From Escherichia phage vB_EcoM_KAW3E185, in the sequence record MK373782.1: DNA of 64,000 nucleotides. One strand, given 5' to 3'. Every line of letters starts with the position of its first letter. Position 1 is the first letter of the stretch. Shown here in pieces: positions 1-8,944 of this stretch. Below the pieces are notes generated by a model. That model did not search any database, was not told where the DNA came from, and saw nothing but the letters and a program-made list of their open reading frames with translations. A program made the position numbers and the translations under genes.

Positions 1-2214
1 TTATTTGGCCGCTTCCACGGCCTTCATGAATTTAACGATTTGAGCGACCTGTTCTTTTGAAAGAGTACCACGTCGTCCCATGTATTCTGACACAATATGA
101 TAATTGGTTTCGAATTCAATAACCATTTTATCATCATTATCGTAAGCATTATCTTTAAGCTTATCGAAAATTTTAGCACACAATTCTAACTTCTTATTCA
201 GGTCTGTATTAGTAGCACCTGCGAATCGATTCCATCCCCAGCGATTATTTACTGTGGAGAGTTTTGCAAAATCTTTACTGATTTCTTTGTTCTTAGAGCT
301 AAAATACTTACTAAGGAAGTTAAGCTCTTCATTACGAGTAATATGGTTTAGATAGGGCTGTGCTCTACGACTTGGTGATACATACTCATCATAATCTACT
401 TTATCGATTAGCGTAATATAGTCATTAATTGATTTTTCGAACAAGCATTCTACTTCACCAAGTTTACGAACTTTCTTAGCAATCTGTGGACGGACTACAG
501 TGAACTCTTTAATATCTGACAAATCAGCAATACGGGTCAAGAAATTAGAGTCATAGTTCAACCAACCTTTATCTGCGTCAAGACATTCAGCATTAGAACG
601 ATTACGAACTATAGCATAACCTTGGATTTCACCAGCTTCACTCGCTGGAATAAAGAGATCTTCCGATACCCAAACATCGTTTTCATTCTTAAAGAACCGA
701 TGAGCACTTGGGGATTTAGGACGAGGCTGCGATGAACGTTCTTTAACTTCAATCCATGGTTTAACTAATGCAAGAATTTCAGAGGTCTTATAAAATTTAA
801 GGCTATCACCAGCGAAAATAACCTTTAATCGTTCCAGAAGTTTCATTGCAACTTCATCTTCCGGGTTAATGAATAATACGCTACTACCCCATCCGGAAGG
901 AACCTTATCAACGAGTGTTGATGCATCGGTGGAAGTCAAAGCATCGTTCAGAGCACGCATCATTGGTACGCGGCCTTTCACATCGTCAATAACGATATCA
1001 ATATGCTTACGACTAATACCTAGCAGGCTATTAATTGAAATAGTTGCAGACGAGCTTCCGCTTTCACGAATACGACGAAGTCGTGGGTCTGAAACGATAT
1101 CATATACAACGCCAAGGTTGCACCATTCGGGTCCCATTTTAAAACGTTTGTACAACTCGGAATAAGTTAGTTGTTCTTTAGAGTATTTCAGTGATTCAAT
1201 ATTAGACCCAGCCTTTTCCATGTATTTACGAGCGGTATAGCCAAGAGAATCAATTTCACGGAACACATGACGTGGGTATTTACAATCAATCCATTTCTTA
1301 GAATCTTCAGCGAACAATTTAGCATCGATTTCTGCAACGCGTTTATGGATATTTGCTACTGTACGTTTATCAAATGACAATGCTTCACGAGACGGGGCTA
1401 CATCTAGTTCACCCATAGGGAATTTAATATAAGCTGTAGTGCATCGCGTCATCATCCATGTTTGTTCTTTAATAACACTTCCGATTGGATATACAATACC
1501 ACCATAAACAGCCATGATATTACCACGTTCACCCCATGGAGCTTCCTTGGCCAAATATACATCGTCAAATTCTGGGAAGTATTTAATATCTTTAACACCA
1601 CGAACTTCTGCAATATCACCTAGAGGACGCATAACATATGCAATTTCGGATGCGAACTTTTCAAAATCTTCCGGGTTAACCGGTACAACTACTTCTACAC
1701 CCGTACGGTCATCAGGGCCCATCTTATCTACAAAGGTTGGCTTAATTTGTGGACCCGTATCATCTTGGTAGATTACGTAACCACGAACTTCACCGTTGTG
1801 ATAAGACGTAAGGTTAAACGTATCGGTATATGCTAGTGGAGCTTTAGAGCCGAGTCCGAATCCACCAATGAAATCATTACTCGATGTTTTAGTTGAAGCA
1901 AAATATGAGTTATAGATTCCTGGCTCTTCGTCATTACCTCGAATGGTGAAATCACTCATACCAGGACCAAAGTCTCGAACTACAAAACGTGGGTCTAAAC
2001 GACCTGGTGCCTGAACAATAAACTTATCAGTGCAACCATTAAGAATTTGCCCATCAATACAGTTTGTGATTAATTCACGTACACAAGCCAATTCTTTGTT
2101 TGTATAAAGGTCATTAGACAAAATCTTATAAACTTTGCTATTGCCTTGAATAGTGAATGCTGTGCTCTTACCGCCTGAACCAATAATCGTTTCTTTAGCC
2201 GTTTCAATAATCAT
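1..2214 (-). CDS. rIIA: rIIA protein (737 aa)
   Basis: Complete ORF whose stop codon is window bases 1-3; size and position directly before the gene 39 block as in T4-type genomes; GSGGKS motif near N-terminus. Confidence 0.8.
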   Translation of the reverse strand: MIIETAKETIIGSGGKSTAFTIQGNSKVYKILSNDLYTNKELACVRELITNCIDGQILNGCTDKFIVQAPGRLDPRFVVRDFGPGMSDFTIRGNDEEPGIYNSYFASTKTSSNDFIGGFGLGSKAPLAYTDTFNLTSYHNGEVRGYVIYQDDTGPQIKPTFVDKMGPDDRTGVEVVVPVNPEDFEKFASEIAYVMRPLGDIAEVRGVKDIKYFPEFDDVYLAKEAPWGERGNIMAVYGGIVYPIGSVIKEQTWMMTRCTTAYIKFPMGELDVAPSREALSFDKRTVANIHKRVAEIDAKLFAEDSKKWIDCKYPRHVFREIDSLGYTARKYMEKAGSNIESLKYSKEQLTYSELYKRFKMGPEWCNLGVVYDIVSDPRLRRIRESGSSSATISINSLLGISRKHIDIVIDDVKGRVPMMRALNDALTSTDASTLVDKVPSGWGSSVLFINPEDEVAMKLLERLKVIFAGDSLKFYKTSEILALVKPWIEVKERSSQPRPKSPSAHRFFKNENDVWVSEDLFIPASEAGEIQGYAIVRNRSNAECLDADKGWLNYDSNFLTRIADLSDIKEFTVVRPQIAKKVRKLGEVECLFEKSINDYITLIDKVDYDEYVSPSRRAQPYLNHITRNEELNFLSKYFSSKNKEISKDFAKLSTVNNRWGWNRFAGATNTDLNKKLELCAKIFDKLKDNAYDNDDKMVIEFETNYHIVSEYMGRRGTLSKEQVAQIVKFMKAVEAAK

Positions 2215-2226
2215 ATTTTTCTCTCA

Positions 2227-2427
2227 TCACAAGTTACGTTTAAAAATTTCTGCCACTTCGAGAAGTTCTTCTTTAGTAGCTGTATCGGTTTGTATTTTAT
2301 ATCGAATTTCTTTAAAGCGTTCTTTAAAGGACTCTGCTGACTCGATATCAAAAAATCTTTGGATAAGCCGGAATTCCCGGAGCACTGCTTTATCAAAAAG
2401 TTCCAAGTCCACGTTATATGTTCTCAT
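2227..2427 (-). CDS. small hypothetical protein (66 aa) at rIIA.1 position
   Basis: ORF 13 nt upstream of rIIA start, same strand; assignment positional only. Confidence 0.5.
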   Translation of the reverse strand: MRTYNVDLELFDKAVLREFRLIQRFFDIESAESFKERFKEIRYKIQTDTATKEELLEVAEIFKRNL

Positions 2428-2452
2428 AATATTCTCTTCAGTATATTCCTAG

Positions 2453-2503
2453 GGCACTATTACTAAAGACCATATAATCTATCATCTTATGTGTAATAGT
2501 GCC
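2453..2503. repeat. inverted repeat, about 11-bp arms (ggcactattac / gtaatagtgcc) with about 29-nt spacer
   Basis: Read directly in the intergenic region between the glycosyltransferase stop and rIIA.1 start; coordinates approximate. Confidence 0.45.
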
Positions 2504-2519
2504 TCAGGCTATTCAGGAT

Positions 2520-3620
2520 TTACGCTGTGAAGATTTTATCCCACATCGCAACAACTGCATCTCGGTTATACTTCTTCCATACTGCTTCAGCACGTTTAAC
2601 TCGAGCTTCGTATGTGTCAGTGAATTCTAATACAGCTTTTGTGTAAAGCGCAACTACTTCTTTCTTAGGAGTAGAGGAATCAATTTCTACACGCACAGTA
2701 TCTGGGTCGTATTCAAATGTCGCATGAGGATAATCCTTAAAAACTAACTGGATTACAGGGACACCTTTAGAGATGGCTTCAATAGAACTATTCTCTACCG
2801 TACCTGTGTCAGGACACGTATTAATAAGTGCTTTAGCTGTTTTAAGGCGTTCCATGATTTCACTGTGTGGAGCATCAATAATAACAGGATATTTAGCCGG
2901 TGGTGCCCATTTGCTTGGACAGTATCCTACACCATTTTCGCCTAGTGCTTTAATCGCTTCAAGAGCAACATCAGTACGACGCATTTTAGTGTCATAACGT
3001 TGTGCACTAATAATCAGATCAGTCGCCGGAAGAACTTCAGGTTTCTCATTCAAACAAATAACCGGATAATCTTCGGTTTCAAACAACGGATTTGCTCGCC
3101 AATAATCATAATCAATTTTGTCAGTCAGACCTGAAGTCATATAACAATATTTGCGTTCAAATTCACGGAAGGCTTTAGTAGGAGCATAACTCTTACCACC
3201 GTTCTTACGAATTTGAATAGTCTGGTCCCAAATTTGAACAATGCCACGAGATACTGGTTCAAATGGTGTTGCCATAAAATTCTTATGAACTTTAGAGAGA
3301 CCTGCGTCTTTAATTGCCTGAACGGTTAGTTTAGTCGGTTCCATAGTAACAACAAAATCGTATTCATGGATGCCGGCTAGTTCAACAATCTTACGAGCCA
3401 TAGTATAACTCATACCTAGACTGAATTTAGTCAGATGACCAACAGGATGATGATTAACCTTCCAATCACCAAATGTGTCATTATCAAAACCGATATAATC
3501 AATATCGGCACCGATGGACACAAGATATTTCAACACATTTAAATGTACTGCTTCAAGACCACCTTGTACACGTTCTGGGTTAAATGGGACTGCACGAGAT
3601 GGGATAAACATAACTTTCAT
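2520..3620 (-). CDS. putative GT-B fold (GT4-like) glycosyltransferase, 366 aa
   Basis: N-terminal MKVMFIPSRAVPF...GGLEAVHLNVLKYL and C-terminal ...TGTVENSSIEAISKGVPVI resemble GT4 donor-binding motifs; occupies the slot where T4 has gene 60/mobA. Confidence 0.5.
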   Translation of the reverse strand: MKVMFIPSRAVPFNPERVQGGLEAVHLNVLKYLVSIGADIDYIGFDNDTFGDWKVNHHPVGHLTKFSLGMSYTMARKIVELAGIHEYDFVVTMEPTKLTVQAIKDAGLSKVHKNFMATPFEPVSRGIVQIWDQTIQIRKNGGKSYAPTKAFREFERKYCYMTSGLTDKIDYDYWRANPLFETEDYPVICLNEKPEVLPATDLIISAQRYDTKMRRTDVALEAIKALGENGVGYCPSKWAPPAKYPVIIDAPHSEIMERLKTAKALINTCPDTGTVENSSIEAISKGVPVIQLVFKDYPHATFEYDPDTVRVEIDSSTPKKEVVALYTKAVLEFTDTYEARVKRAEAVWKKYNRDAVVAMWDKIFTA

Positions 3621-3640
3621 AATTAAGCCTTATTAAAATT

Positions 3641-3664
3641 AAAATGAAGCTCCCGAAGGAGCTT
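3641..3664 (-). terminator. hairpin aagctcc-UUCG-ggagctt followed by U-rich tract on minus transcript
   Basis: Perfect 7-bp stem with UUCG loop overlapping the gene 39 stop codon, followed by cattttaatttt; coordinates approximate. Confidence 0.5.
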
Positions 3665-5480
3665 AGGACATCCATTCTTTACGAAGTTCTGAATCATCAC
3701 CCATCAACATTTCAAAGAGTTCTTTCCAATTTTCAGGAAGTTTAACTACGTCGTACACAGGGTTCTGAATCATTTCACGATATTCTGACTTTTCAAGGGA
3801 GCCTAATCCCTTGATGTATCGAATACTATGCTTAGGCAGTGTATCTTTAACTTCTTCATACTCAGCTACAGTATAAAACCATTTTTGAGCTTTGCCAATT
3901 TGTGCAATAATTACAGGTGTTTTAACAAAGCGAATACGTCCTTGTTCAAACAATTCAGGCCAATTACTAAAGAAAGCAAGCAAAGCCGGATAGATACTTC
4001 CAAGACCGTCATGATCGGCATCAGTCATAATTGCAATATTACGATAGTTCGTATTCTCTGCCTTTTCACCAAGAATAAGACCCGTGATAGCACAGATATC
4101 AAAGAGCTCTTTGTTCTTCATCATATCAGCATATGACATACCCCAGCTATTCATCACCTTACCACGTAATGGGAATCCGCCGTGTAGTTCACGGTCACGA
4201 ACATCAATGAGATAACCAATTGCCGAATCACCTTCTGTTAAAAACAATGTCGTATCTGCATCTTTACCACATTGGTTAGCTTTAATATGCTTATGAACCT
4301 TAGCTTTAGTTGCCTTTTTAGCTGCTTTAGTTTCTGCAGCCTTTTCTGCTGCCAATTTACGAGCTAATGCTGCTTCAACAATAGGCATAATCAAGGCTTC
4401 GTTTTTAAGAAGTGCCTGAGCAATTTTCTTAGCATCTAATTGGATATGATTACGAATATCACCATACGTTGACGTTAAACGTTCTTTAGTCTGAGAATCA
4501 AAACGCATGTTGCTCATGTCTCTAATAAACATCAACATTGTGAGACATTCTTTAACACGAGCTTTAGTGACTTCAATACCCTTATATTTCTTTTTAATAC
4601 CAGGCAAAAGATGTTCACAGATATCATCCATTACACATTCAACATGATGACCACCATTTTTAGTATGGATGTTATTCACATAAGTTAAATGACGGAAGCC
4701 ATCTGGTGATGTTGTGAATGCTATAGAGACTTTATCATTTTCTTGAATGATGTTATCTTCGCCAAATTGTTTAGCAAATCGTTTAAAATTACCATCAACC
4801 TTTTTACCATTAAATGTGAACTTGATATCAGGATAAACGACTGCCAATGTTTGAAGTCTGTCTAAAGTAATATCTAAATAAATTTGAGATAAATTATGCT
4901 CTTCAAATGAAGAGAAATCAGGAGTGAAGATTACTTTAGTGCCTTTACATTTAGATTTCTTAGAAGACCATGATTTGTTTTCCATTCCGTTTGAACAGTT
5001 AACAGTGATTTCATTTTCGCCATCTGACGTGATGCCTGTAAACAACGTAGAGAAGATATTAGTTAAACTACTCCCGACGCCGTTCATACCACCAGTCTTG
5101 CGTTCAGAATCATCACCAAAGTTACCACCAGCCTTTGGAATAGTCCAGGCTGCTACAGGCCCAGGAATTTGTTCACCTGTTTGGTCGGTAACTAAACCTT
5201 GAGGAATACCACGTCCGTTATCTTCCACCGAAACTTGATTATTTTTAATTTGCACATCAATTTTATTTGCAAACTTAAATGATGTACGAATAGATTCATC
5301 AACCGAGTTGTCAATAATCTCATCGATTAATTTAACCAGACCAGGAACATATTCAACTTGTTGATATTTACCAAACAAAAAACGCTCATGTGCTTCTTTA
5401 GCAGAAGAACCAATATACATACCACTACGTTTCTTAATATGTTCTACATCTGACAATACCTTAATTTCATTTTTAATCAT
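3663..5480 (-). CDS. 39: DNA topoisomerase II large (ATPase) subunit, unsplit 605-aa form
   Basis: GHKL ATPase motifs (GLVKLIDEIIDNSVDE, GGMNGVGSS); length equals the fused gp39+gp60 form known from T2/T6-type phages. Confidence 0.9.
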   Translation of the reverse strand: MIKNEIKVLSDVEHIKKRSGMYIGSSAKEAHERFLFGKYQQVEYVPGLVKLIDEIIDNSVDESIRTSFKFANKIDVQIKNNQVSVEDNGRGIPQGLVTDQTGEQIPGPVAAWTIPKAGGNFGDDSERKTGGMNGVGSSLTNIFSTLFTGITSDGENEITVNCSNGMENKSWSSKKSKCKGTKVIFTPDFSSFEEHNLSQIYLDITLDRLQTLAVVYPDIKFTFNGKKVDGNFKRFAKQFGEDNIIQENDKVSIAFTTSPDGFRHLTYVNNIHTKNGGHHVECVMDDICEHLLPGIKKKYKGIEVTKARVKECLTMLMFIRDMSNMRFDSQTKERLTSTYGDIRNHIQLDAKKIAQALLKNEALIMPIVEAALARKLAAEKAAETKAAKKATKAKVHKHIKANQCGKDADTTLFLTEGDSAIGYLIDVRDRELHGGFPLRGKVMNSWGMSYADMMKNKELFDICAITGLILGEKAENTNYRNIAIMTDADHDGLGSIYPALLAFFSNWPELFEQGRIRFVKTPVIIAQIGKAQKWFYTVAEYEEVKDTLPKHSIRYIKGLGSLEKSEYREMIQNPVYDVVKLPENWKELFEMLMGDDSELRKEWMS

Positions 5481-5523
5481 GTTGTCTCCTCGTTATGAAG
5501 GTATTCTATCATCCGAAATCTAA

Positions 5524-5546
5524 AGCAAAAAGGGCCGAAGCCCTTA
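5524..5546 (-). terminator. hairpin gggc-UUCG-gccc followed by U5
   Basis: Stem-loop immediately after the stop of the 140-aa ORF, before gene 39 start; coordinates approximate. Confidence 0.5.
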
Positions 5547-5966
5547 TTTAAATTTAATTTTCTGAAGTGCATCAATTGCAGCCAAACGCCCTTGTTCACT
5601 TTTAACTGTAATGACCACATCACCTGATACGATCACCGAACCATCAACAAATTCTATAGAGCCTTTTTTGAAATCTACGGCTGTATCTGATTCAGGAACT
5701 TCTTCAAAGAATTTAAATTCTGCACCGTAAATTAGAATATCACCTTGCATACTAATGATTGTACGTCCAGGTCCATCGGTTTCAGCGGCAATCATTGAAA
5801 CACCATAACCAATCATCTCTTCTACAATAAAATCTCTTGATAATAAAACTGTATGCAGAGTAGTGTTAAGACGTTTACCAGTCGTATTAAGAATTCTCAA
5901 GAAATTATCTTCCTGTCCTTTAATAATACGATATTTCTTACCAACTTCAAAACCTTTAAAAGCCAT
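5544..5966 (-). CDS. hypothetical protein (140 aa)
   Basis: ORF on gene strand between gene 39 and the zinc-ribbon ORF; no recognisable motif. Confidence 0.5.
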   Translation of the reverse strand: MAFKGFEVGKKYRIIKGQEDNFLRILNTTGKRLNTTLHTVLLSRDFIVEEMIGYGVSMIAAETDGPGRTIISMQGDILIYGAEFKFFEEVPESDTAVDFKKGSIEFVDGSVIVSGDVVITVKSEQGRLAAIDALQKIKFK

Positions 5967-5968
5967 AA

Positions 5969-6148
5969 TTAACCCTTCTTAAGTAAGTCGTAAAAACCAC
6001 CGTTCACATGTTTAGGAGCAGAAACCCGACGAGTAGACAGACGATGACATTCAGGGCAAACATCGTTTTCTCGTTCAGAAATCCTTTTAATTTTTTCATA
6101 TTCATGGCCACAATCTTCAGATTGGCATTTATAGTCGTATAATGGCAT
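5969..6148 (-). CDS. FmdB-like zinc-ribbon protein (59 aa, CxxC...CxxC)
   Basis: Not in ORF track (under 60 aa); hand translation gives MPLYDYKCQSEDCGHEYEKIKRISERENDVCPECHRLSTRRVSAPKHVNGGFYDLLKKG; fills a 180-nt gap. Confidence 0.45.
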   Translation of the reverse strand: MPLYDYKCQSEDCGHEYEKIKRISERENDVCPECHRLSTRRVSAPKHVNGGFYDLLKKG

Positions 6149-6150
6149 TA

Positions 6151-6561
6151 TTATTCCTTAAAATGTGCTTTCAACATTTGATACAAAGACCATGCCTGGT
6201 CGTTATTTTTGATAGTAATCGTCATCACCGGAAATTCAGACAATTCGTCAAGTTCACCAGAATCTTGCTCTTCAGACTCTTGATATGGATTTCCAACTTC
6301 GTCAAAGAACTCTGCTTCATTCGTGGAGAGCCAGATAAAGTTTTCATCAAGGATATCACCGCCTGTTGCGTATCCAACCATGCCAGTAGATGTCACAATT
6401 TTAGTAGGACGCCCAAGATGGTCAACATCTAATACTTTAAATGGTTCCATGCCAAGACGTCGTGCGTAAATCCCATTATCAGTATGGTCTTTAATAAACT
6501 CTTCTTGGGCACGTTTATCTTTAAATTGGTACCATGAGTTAACGCGGAATTTATTAGCCAT
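6151..6561 (-). CDS. hypothetical protein (about 136 aa)
   Basis: Track ORF 6151-6579; start chosen at the ATG (MANKF...) that overlaps the upstream stop in a TAATG arrangement. Confidence 0.5.
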   Translation of the reverse strand: MANKFRVNSWYQFKDKRAQEEFIKDHTDNGIYARRLGMEPFKVLDVDHLGRPTKIVTSTGMVGYATGGDILDENFIWLSTNEAEFFDEVGNPYQESEEQDSGELDELSEFPVMTITIKNNDQAWSLYQMLKAHFKE

Positions 6562-6788
6562 TAGTAAGTTTCCTTCCAATAAGTTGTACCGTTTTCAGTG
6601 ATTTCACGGAAGATACCATAGATAGGCATTTCATCACCGAGTTTTTCGTAAACGTAAACCACTTCAGTGTAGCATAAAAATTCAGTCCAGTTTTTCTGTA
6701 CAACAACTAAATCAGGATTAAACAGAACATCTTCAAACTCATCGATGTTTGAATCAGTAGTTACGTTTTTAATGATTTGACGTTTCAT
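6561..6788 (-). CDS. hypothetical protein (about 75 aa)
   Basis: Track ORF 6561-6833; start chosen at Met16 (MKRQ...), which has a GAGGAG Shine-Dalgarno. Confidence 0.45.
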   Translation of the reverse strand: MKRQIIKNVTTDSNIDEFEDVLFNPDLVVVQKNWTEFLCYTEVVYVYEKLGDEMPIYGIFREITENGTTYWKETY

Positions 6789-6845
6789 AATATTCTCCTC
6801 TTGTTTTGATAGGTCTATAGTATCATAGACCATAGTTGTTGTACA

Positions 6846-7370
6846 TCATTTTAGCAAAATAAAATCAACTTGTTCTGCCAATGAACGTCTAAACATTAAT
6901 TGACAACTTCCGAGGATGAAATCAGGTGCTTCATAGACGGCGATGTAGTATCCTTTAGCTTTCAAGAGTTCAACATCCACCTGGTCATCAAACCATGCAT
7001 AAACCGCGTCAACACTTTCAAATCCAAAATAGAACCCTTGAGCCCAATCTTCACTCAATTCAAATGTGTGCTCAATTCTATAGTATCTTAAGATATTTTG
7101 TTCAAGGAGTTTGTCTTCATTTACTGTAGGACGATTAGGGACATTATAGTTGTCGCCATGATGGTAGAAGTTACCCGAGAGTATTCCATGCTTATCAAGG
7201 AACTCCCATGTTTCTTCAGAGTTGTCGGTGCCTGACCAACCGTATGGTGAGCGAGGTTCTTTATTCCAAGAGGTTTCCCAAATTCTGATGGCTTTACCGT
7301 CTTCGATAGCAATTCCTGGTAATGATTCACGTTGAGTACAAAAACTACGTTCTACGCGGTAAACTATCAT
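6846..7370 (-). CDS. hypothetical protein (174 aa)
   Basis: ORF with GGAG Shine-Dalgarno and upstream early promoter. Confidence 0.5.
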   Translation of the reverse strand: MIVYRVERSFCTQRESLPGIAIEDGKAIRIWETSWNKEPRSPYGWSGTDNSEETWEFLDKHGILSGNFYHHGDNYNVPNRPTVNEDKLLEQNILRYYRIEHTFELSEDWAQGFYFGFESVDAVYAWFDDQVDVELLKAKGYYIAVYEAPDFILGSCQLMFRRSLAEQVDFILLK

Positions 7371-7396
7371 ATTATTCTCCTCTGGTTGATATGGTT

Positions 7397-7425
7397 ATAA
7401 TATCAAAACCGGAGGAGAAGTAAAC
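7397..7425 (-). promoter_or_regulatory. sigma70-type early promoter (-35 GTTTAC, 17-nt spacer, -10 TATTAT)
   Basis: Consensus hexamers read on minus strand upstream of ORF 6846-7370; coordinates approximate. Confidence 0.45.
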
Positions 7426-7429
7426 AACT

Positions 7430-7849
7430 TTATGCAAAAGATGCTGGACAATATTTTTTGATTTGGAACTCAGGAACTACCATGAACTGACCAGCGAAAA
7501 CGATGTTATAAAGCTTAACACCATCTTCAACCCATTGGTCTGAAATAAAACCAGCGACTTGATTCGTTGTCCATGGAGACCCATCAGTTGCGGCAGCAAT
7601 AGTAAATTCATGGTCTTTTACAACTAAAACTGACCTGCACAGTTTCCATTTGAACGCTTTTTCTTCTGGTTCAATGAACTGGCTTGAGACGTAACCAATG
7701 TTACCATTAACATCTCGAACTTTAACTTCGTTACATCCAAAAACCGGATCACTCACAGAAAGAACTTCAACCAACTTCCCGGCAACTTTAGAGCGAGAAG
7801 CAACAGATACATATACGTAATCACCTGTAGAGAGATTTACAATATTCAT
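7430..7849 (-). CDS. hypothetical protein, paralog A of a three-member family (139 aa)
   Basis: Shares N-terminal (ASRSKxAGKLVEV) and C-terminal (GFISDQWVEDGxKLYNIVF) blocks with the next ORF. Confidence 0.55.
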   Translation of the reverse strand: MNIVNLSTGDYVYVSVASRSKVAGKLVEVLSVSDPVFGCNEVKVRDVNGNIGYVSSQFIEPEEKAFKWKLCRSVLVVKDHEFTIAAATDGSPWTTNQVAGFISDQWVEDGVKLYNIVFAGQFMVVPEFQIKKYCPASFA

Positions 7850-7858
7850 AATAATTCC

Positions 7859-8323
7859 TTAAGCTTTACGAGGAGACACATAGCGAGTGATTTCAGATTC
7901 TTTAACAACTCGGAAGTCACCTAAGAATACGATATTGTATAACTTTTCACCATCTTCAACCCATTGGTCGCTAATGAAGCCACACATAGTATCAGTTTTG
8001 CTTGGATAACCATATTCATCGATGAAGTCAAATTCTTTATCAGTCTGGAATTCAACACCTTTACACAAGGCCCATTTGAACTGTGTAGTAGGCTCAACGA
8101 TATCGCTTGAAGCAAAGTGGGCACTTACACGAGTTTCCAAGAATTTAGGACTTACATAGGCGAACTGAGTTTCAGTTTTTCCAGAACTAGGAATGATTCG
8201 AACTTTAACTTCTTTAATACGGCCCATGCCATTAGTACGAAGTCCTACTACTTCAACCAGCTTTCCTGCAGCTTTAGAACGAGACGCTGTCGATACACGC
8301 TTAATTTCACCAATAGTAATCAT
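7859..8323 (-). CDS. hypothetical protein, paralog B (154 aa)
   Basis: See paralog A; same conserved blocks. Confidence 0.55.
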   Translation of the reverse strand: MITIGEIKRVSTASRSKAAGKLVEVVGLRTNGMGRIKEVKVRIIPSSGKTETQFAYVSPKFLETRVSAHFASSDIVEPTTQFKWALCKGVEFQTDKEFDFIDEYGYPSKTDTMCGFISDQWVEDGEKLYNIVFLGDFRVVKESEITRYVSPRKA

Positions 8324-8351
8324 AATTTCTCTCTTTGTTTAAGTTGAATTC

Positions 8352-8381
8352 ATTATACTCCATCCATCCTTGGATGTACAA
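8352..8381 (-). promoter_or_regulatory. early promoter (-10 TATAAT; -35 TTGTAC-like) with ccaaggatgg-type spacer
   Basis: Near-copy of the promoter cassette at 8910, 52881 and 53901; coordinates approximate. Confidence 0.4.
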
Positions 8382-8383
8382 CA

Positions 8384-8878
8384 TTAATTAAGGATATTAA
8401 CCACAGCACTACGCGGAACTACACTAAAATCACCTGCATGAACTACGTTCAGAAGTTCAACACCGTCTTCAATCCACTGATCAGTTGCCCATCCATTTAC
8501 TGGACCAGCGAATGGGCGTCGAATTGAAACATATTTACACAACAAATCAGTAGGCTCAATAGGCTTAATCAGAGTACCGTACATACAAGCGATATCCATA
8601 TCAATACAGATGTCTTTAACGGGTTCTACTTCTTCAATCAACAATTCAAAGTCAGTGCTTGGAAGGGCGGTAGTAGAAATTGTACCGTGTGAATTTTTAA
8701 TTTCTAAGAATAACCAAGGGCCTTCAGCTTGTTTGATGAAGTTAACAATAGTGAAACTATTACCTTGAGTGGCACCTAAAATTTCACAAAACTTTTCATA
8801 AGCTCGCACTGAAGCACCGTACCAGTTGATTTGTTTTTCGTCTTTCAGGATGTAAGTAGCCGTAGTATTGATATTCAT
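8384..8878 (-). CDS. hypothetical protein, paralog C (164 aa; shares only the C-terminal module)
   Basis: C-terminus WATDQWIEDGVELLNVVHAGDFSVVP aligns with the paralog A/B C-termini. Confidence 0.5.
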   Translation of the reverse strand: MNINTTATYILKDEKQINWYGASVRAYEKFCEILGATQGNSFTIVNFIKQAEGPWLFLEIKNSHGTISTTALPSTDFELLIEEVEPVKDICIDMDIACMYGTLIKPIEPTDLLCKYVSIRRPFAGPVNGWATDQWIEDGVELLNVVHAGDFSVVPRSAVVNILN

Positions 8879-8909
8879 AATGTTTTTCCTGTTTGGTTAA
8901 GATAGAAAG

Positions 8910-8939
8910 ATTATACTCCAACCATCCTTGGTTGTAAAC
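8910..8939 (-). promoter_or_regulatory. early promoter (-35 GTTTAC, 18 nt, -10 TATAAT), cassette family A
   Basis: Minus strand reads GTTTACaaccaaggatggttggagTATAAT; coordinates approximate. Confidence 0.5.
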
Positions 8940-8944
8940 AGGTT

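Noticed and set aside
869-1165. Plus-strand ORFs of 60-200 aa throughout the window (for example 869-1165, 12165-12644, 32244-32684, 33597-34190, 36441-36893, 38188-38676)
   Set aside because: All lie antisense within well-supported minus-strand genes, lack ribosome-binding sites and have low-complexity or odd composition; treated as chance ORFs in AT-rich DNA. The one exception kept is 16275-16472.
6795-6830. Early promoter upstream of ORF 6561-6788
   Set aside because: -35-like and -10-like hexamers present but with a spacer of about 20 nt; the near-palindrome ggtctatagtatcatagacc suggests some regulatory element, but promoter geometry is poor.
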